A stretch of 64,000 bases of DNA from Tubiluchus corallicola (Eukaryota > Animalia > Priapulida). A program made the position numbers and the translations under genes. Below, in pieces: positions 61,201 to 64,000 of the stretch. The stretch's first letter is position 1; every line of letters starts with the position of its first letter. The stretch covers positions 62,001 through 126,000 of the forward strand of contig JAQGDQ010000044.1 of the NCBI GenBank assembly GCA_030141605.1, read 5' to 3'. The notes under the pieces were generated by a model that saw only the letters and a list, made by a program, of their open reading frames with translations, did no database searches and was not told where the DNA came from.

Positions 61201-62510
61201 AGCATAGTGGATTTTCAATAAATTTTGACCTGTTTTCCAAACATGGACAGTGGAATTATTGGCTAGTTTTTCGAAAAGGCTTATCAGGCATAGCTTTTAG
61301 AACTATTTACTTTGCTGCTTCACTTCGTTTTTTAAATTAAATTTTTCCAGATGTCTACATGAGAACCAAAATTTTGGTAAAACGTGAAAGCAAAAAAGCA
61401 CACCTCTTCAGCAACAGTAGCCTATAATAACATTGAAAAGGACAAACATCAAACATACACCTGTGTTTAGCCTTTTTGTGCACATGCATGCATATACCTG
61501 ATAATGCTAGCATACTTTACAGCTGCTAATAAGCCTTGCATTGCTCCAGTTGTCATAGTTACCCCTCTGCTAAACCACCCCGCATCAATGAACTTATTCA
61601 TACAAACTGGTCTTTGTTGGGATGATTTTGGGGGTTAAAAAGAGAAATTTGGTAAACAGCTGGAGAAGAGGATCAACTAAGTTCAAGCAGAAATGAATGA
61701 AAGCTGTGTTTACCTGTCATCAGGCAGCAGGTTGCAACACAATAAACTAGTTTTATTTCTTGTTTACGAAAATACAGATTAGTTGAAGTTTGCAAATAAT
61801 CTGCTTTGGCTGCGTTTGTATAGTTTAATGTTTGCACTTTATTGTAAAAACATTATAAAATAGCTTTTTGTTATCATTAAAATAATGTCCTATAATCTTA
61901 TACAGTGAACACTGTACAAATTTAACTCTACACAAAATTTAATCCGACAAAATGATAGTAAGATTTTAATACTGCATTTTCAGTAATTAAGCTGATAAGA
62001 CCATTTTTTAAATTCAACTCAGGGTTATTAATACTCTATTTTTGGAATGCATGTCCTGTGTTTTCTTAACCTGCACAAAACAGAATTTCATTGTACAGGC
62101 CTAATTAATGTTGTTCCAACTTTACATGGTTTTACTGATTTAACTGTTTTTACAATATTATTATAAAATCTATAAAATGAGTGTCACACTCAGTGGTTTT
62201 TTTTGTAAAGGTAACCAAATCTTTAAAACAGACATCAGTAAATTGTAGACACATCAAATATTTGACACAACGTCCTTGGTATGATATACATCCATGTTAT
62301 ATTACTAAACCTTTAAATATAAAAATGTCGTCAGCATAATGTCACAGGTGATCAACACGAATATCACCTACTTGAACTAGCTCAGTTGCCTAGGCTTCAT
62401 CACCATCATCATCATCATCAATGTCACAGTTGATCAACATGAATATCACCTAGCTCAGTTGCCTACGCTTCATCATCATCATCATTGATGACATGGTTGA
62501 CCAACATAAA

Positions 62511-63665
62511 TACCACCTGCCTGAATCATCTCAGTTGTCTAAGCTTCATCACCATCTATGGCATAGTTGATCAACAAGAATACCATCTACCCAAACCATC
62601 TCAGTTGTCTAGGCTTCGTCGTCATTTATGCCATAGTTGATCAACATGAATACCACCTACCCAAACCATCTCAGTTGTCTAGGCTTCGTCGTCATTTATG
62701 CCATAGTTGATCAACATGAATACCACCTACCCGAACCATCTCAGTTGTCTAGGCTTCGTCGTCATTTATGCCATAGTTGATCAACATGAATACAACCTAC
62801 CCAAACCATCTCAGTTGTCTAGGGTTCGTCGTCATTTATGGCATAGTTGATCAACAAGAATACCACCTACCCAAACCATCTCAGTTGTCTAGGGTTCGTT
62901 GTCATTTATGCCATAGTTGATCAACATGAATACCACCTACCCGAACCATCTCAGTTGTCTAGGCTTCGTCGTCATTTATGCCATAGTTGATCAACATGAA
63001 TACCACCTACCCGAACCATCTCAGTTGTCTAGGCTTCGTCGTCATTTATGCCATAGTTGATCAACATAAATACCACCTACCCGAACCATCTCAGTTGTCT
63101 AGGCTTCGTCGTCATTTATGCCATAGTTGATCAACATGAATACCACCTACCCAAACCATCTCAGTTGTCTAGGGTTCGTCGTCATTTATGGCATAGTTGA
63201 TCAACAAGAATACCACCTACCCAAACCATCTCAGTTGTCTAGGGTTCGTTGTCATTTATGCCATAGTTGATCAACATGAATACCACCTACCCGAACCATC
63301 TCAGTTGTCTAGGCTTCGTCGTCATTTATGCCATAGTTGATCAACATGAATACCACCTACCCGAACCATCTCAGTTGTCTAGGCTTCGTCGTCATTTATG
63401 CCATAGTTGATCAACATGAATACCACCTACCCAAACCATCTCAGTTGTCTAGGGTTCGTCGTCATTTATGGCATAGTTGATCAACATGAATACCACTTAC
63501 ACGAACCACCTCAGTTGTCTAGGCTGCGTCGTCATTTATGCCATAGTTGATCAACAGGAATACCACCTACCCAAACCATCTCAGTTGTCTAGGGTTCGTC
63601 GTCATTTATGGCATAGTTGATCAACATGAATACCACCTACCGGAACCATCTCAGTTTTCTAGGCT
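62511..63665. repeat. 70-bp tandem satellite, about 16.5 copies, with degenerate flanks (about 62330-63850)
   Basis: Unit taccacctacccaaaccatctcagttgtctaggcttcgtcgtcatttatgccatagttgatcaacatgaa recurs at exact 70-bp spacing. Confidence 0.97.
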
Positions 63666-64000
63666 TAATCATCTTTGATATAATTAAGCAACAAGAATGC
63701 TACCTACTTGAACTATTTCAGTTCTGGGCTTCATTTCCGTCTATGACATGATTGGCATCTATAATTGATCAACATGAATACCACCTACTTGAGCTACTTC
63801 GATCAACATGATAAATCAGCATGTACTGAAACTATCTTACTTGTCTAAGCTTCATAGACATTTGTATCATCAAGTATACCATGTACATATTTTTGACTTT
63901 GTCACTTGTCTAGGTTTCATGAGCTTCTATGACACTATCCAACACCATGTATACCATGAACTTGAAAATTTCTAGTCAATTGCTTTTTCAATATTTACAT

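Noticed and set aside
62511-63665. CRISPR-like array
   Set aside because: Units are contiguous near-identical 70-mers with no unique spacers; no cas genes; eukaryotic context.

Overview
AT-rich metazoan (most likely invertebrate) nuclear DNA with spliceosomal GT-AG introns; nothing looks prokaryotic and there is no CRISPR array. From left to right: (1) an apparently intact CR1/L2-group LINE ORF2 (APE endonuclease + RT, open from the window edge) with 3' UTR and tail; (2) a minus-strand array of five intact intronless class A GPCRs plus two pseudogenes (3.1-17.3 kb). All five lack Cys3.25 and Asp3.32 but carry Asp/Glu at 5.42, and the array appears to lie in an intron of PIGG. (3) PIGG (GPI ethanolamine-phosphate transferase 2) on the plus strand, 12 exons at 19.5-31.9 kb, 5' exons not found; (4) a second, distinct mini-cluster of two intact GPCRs and one truncated copy (33.2-37.7 kb); (5) a harmonin/USH1C orthologue on the minus strand, about 20 phase-consistent exons at 39.9-57.1 kb, with a predicted 13-nt microexon, a Ser/Arg-rich repeat insert and a C-terminal PDZ-binding motif; (6) many non-autonomous DNA transposons, tRNA-derived fragments, a degenerate hammerhead-ribozyme motif, an (AATAC)n microsatellite and a 70-bp satellite. 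All calls come from manual reading and recalled protein motifs; no database searches were run.
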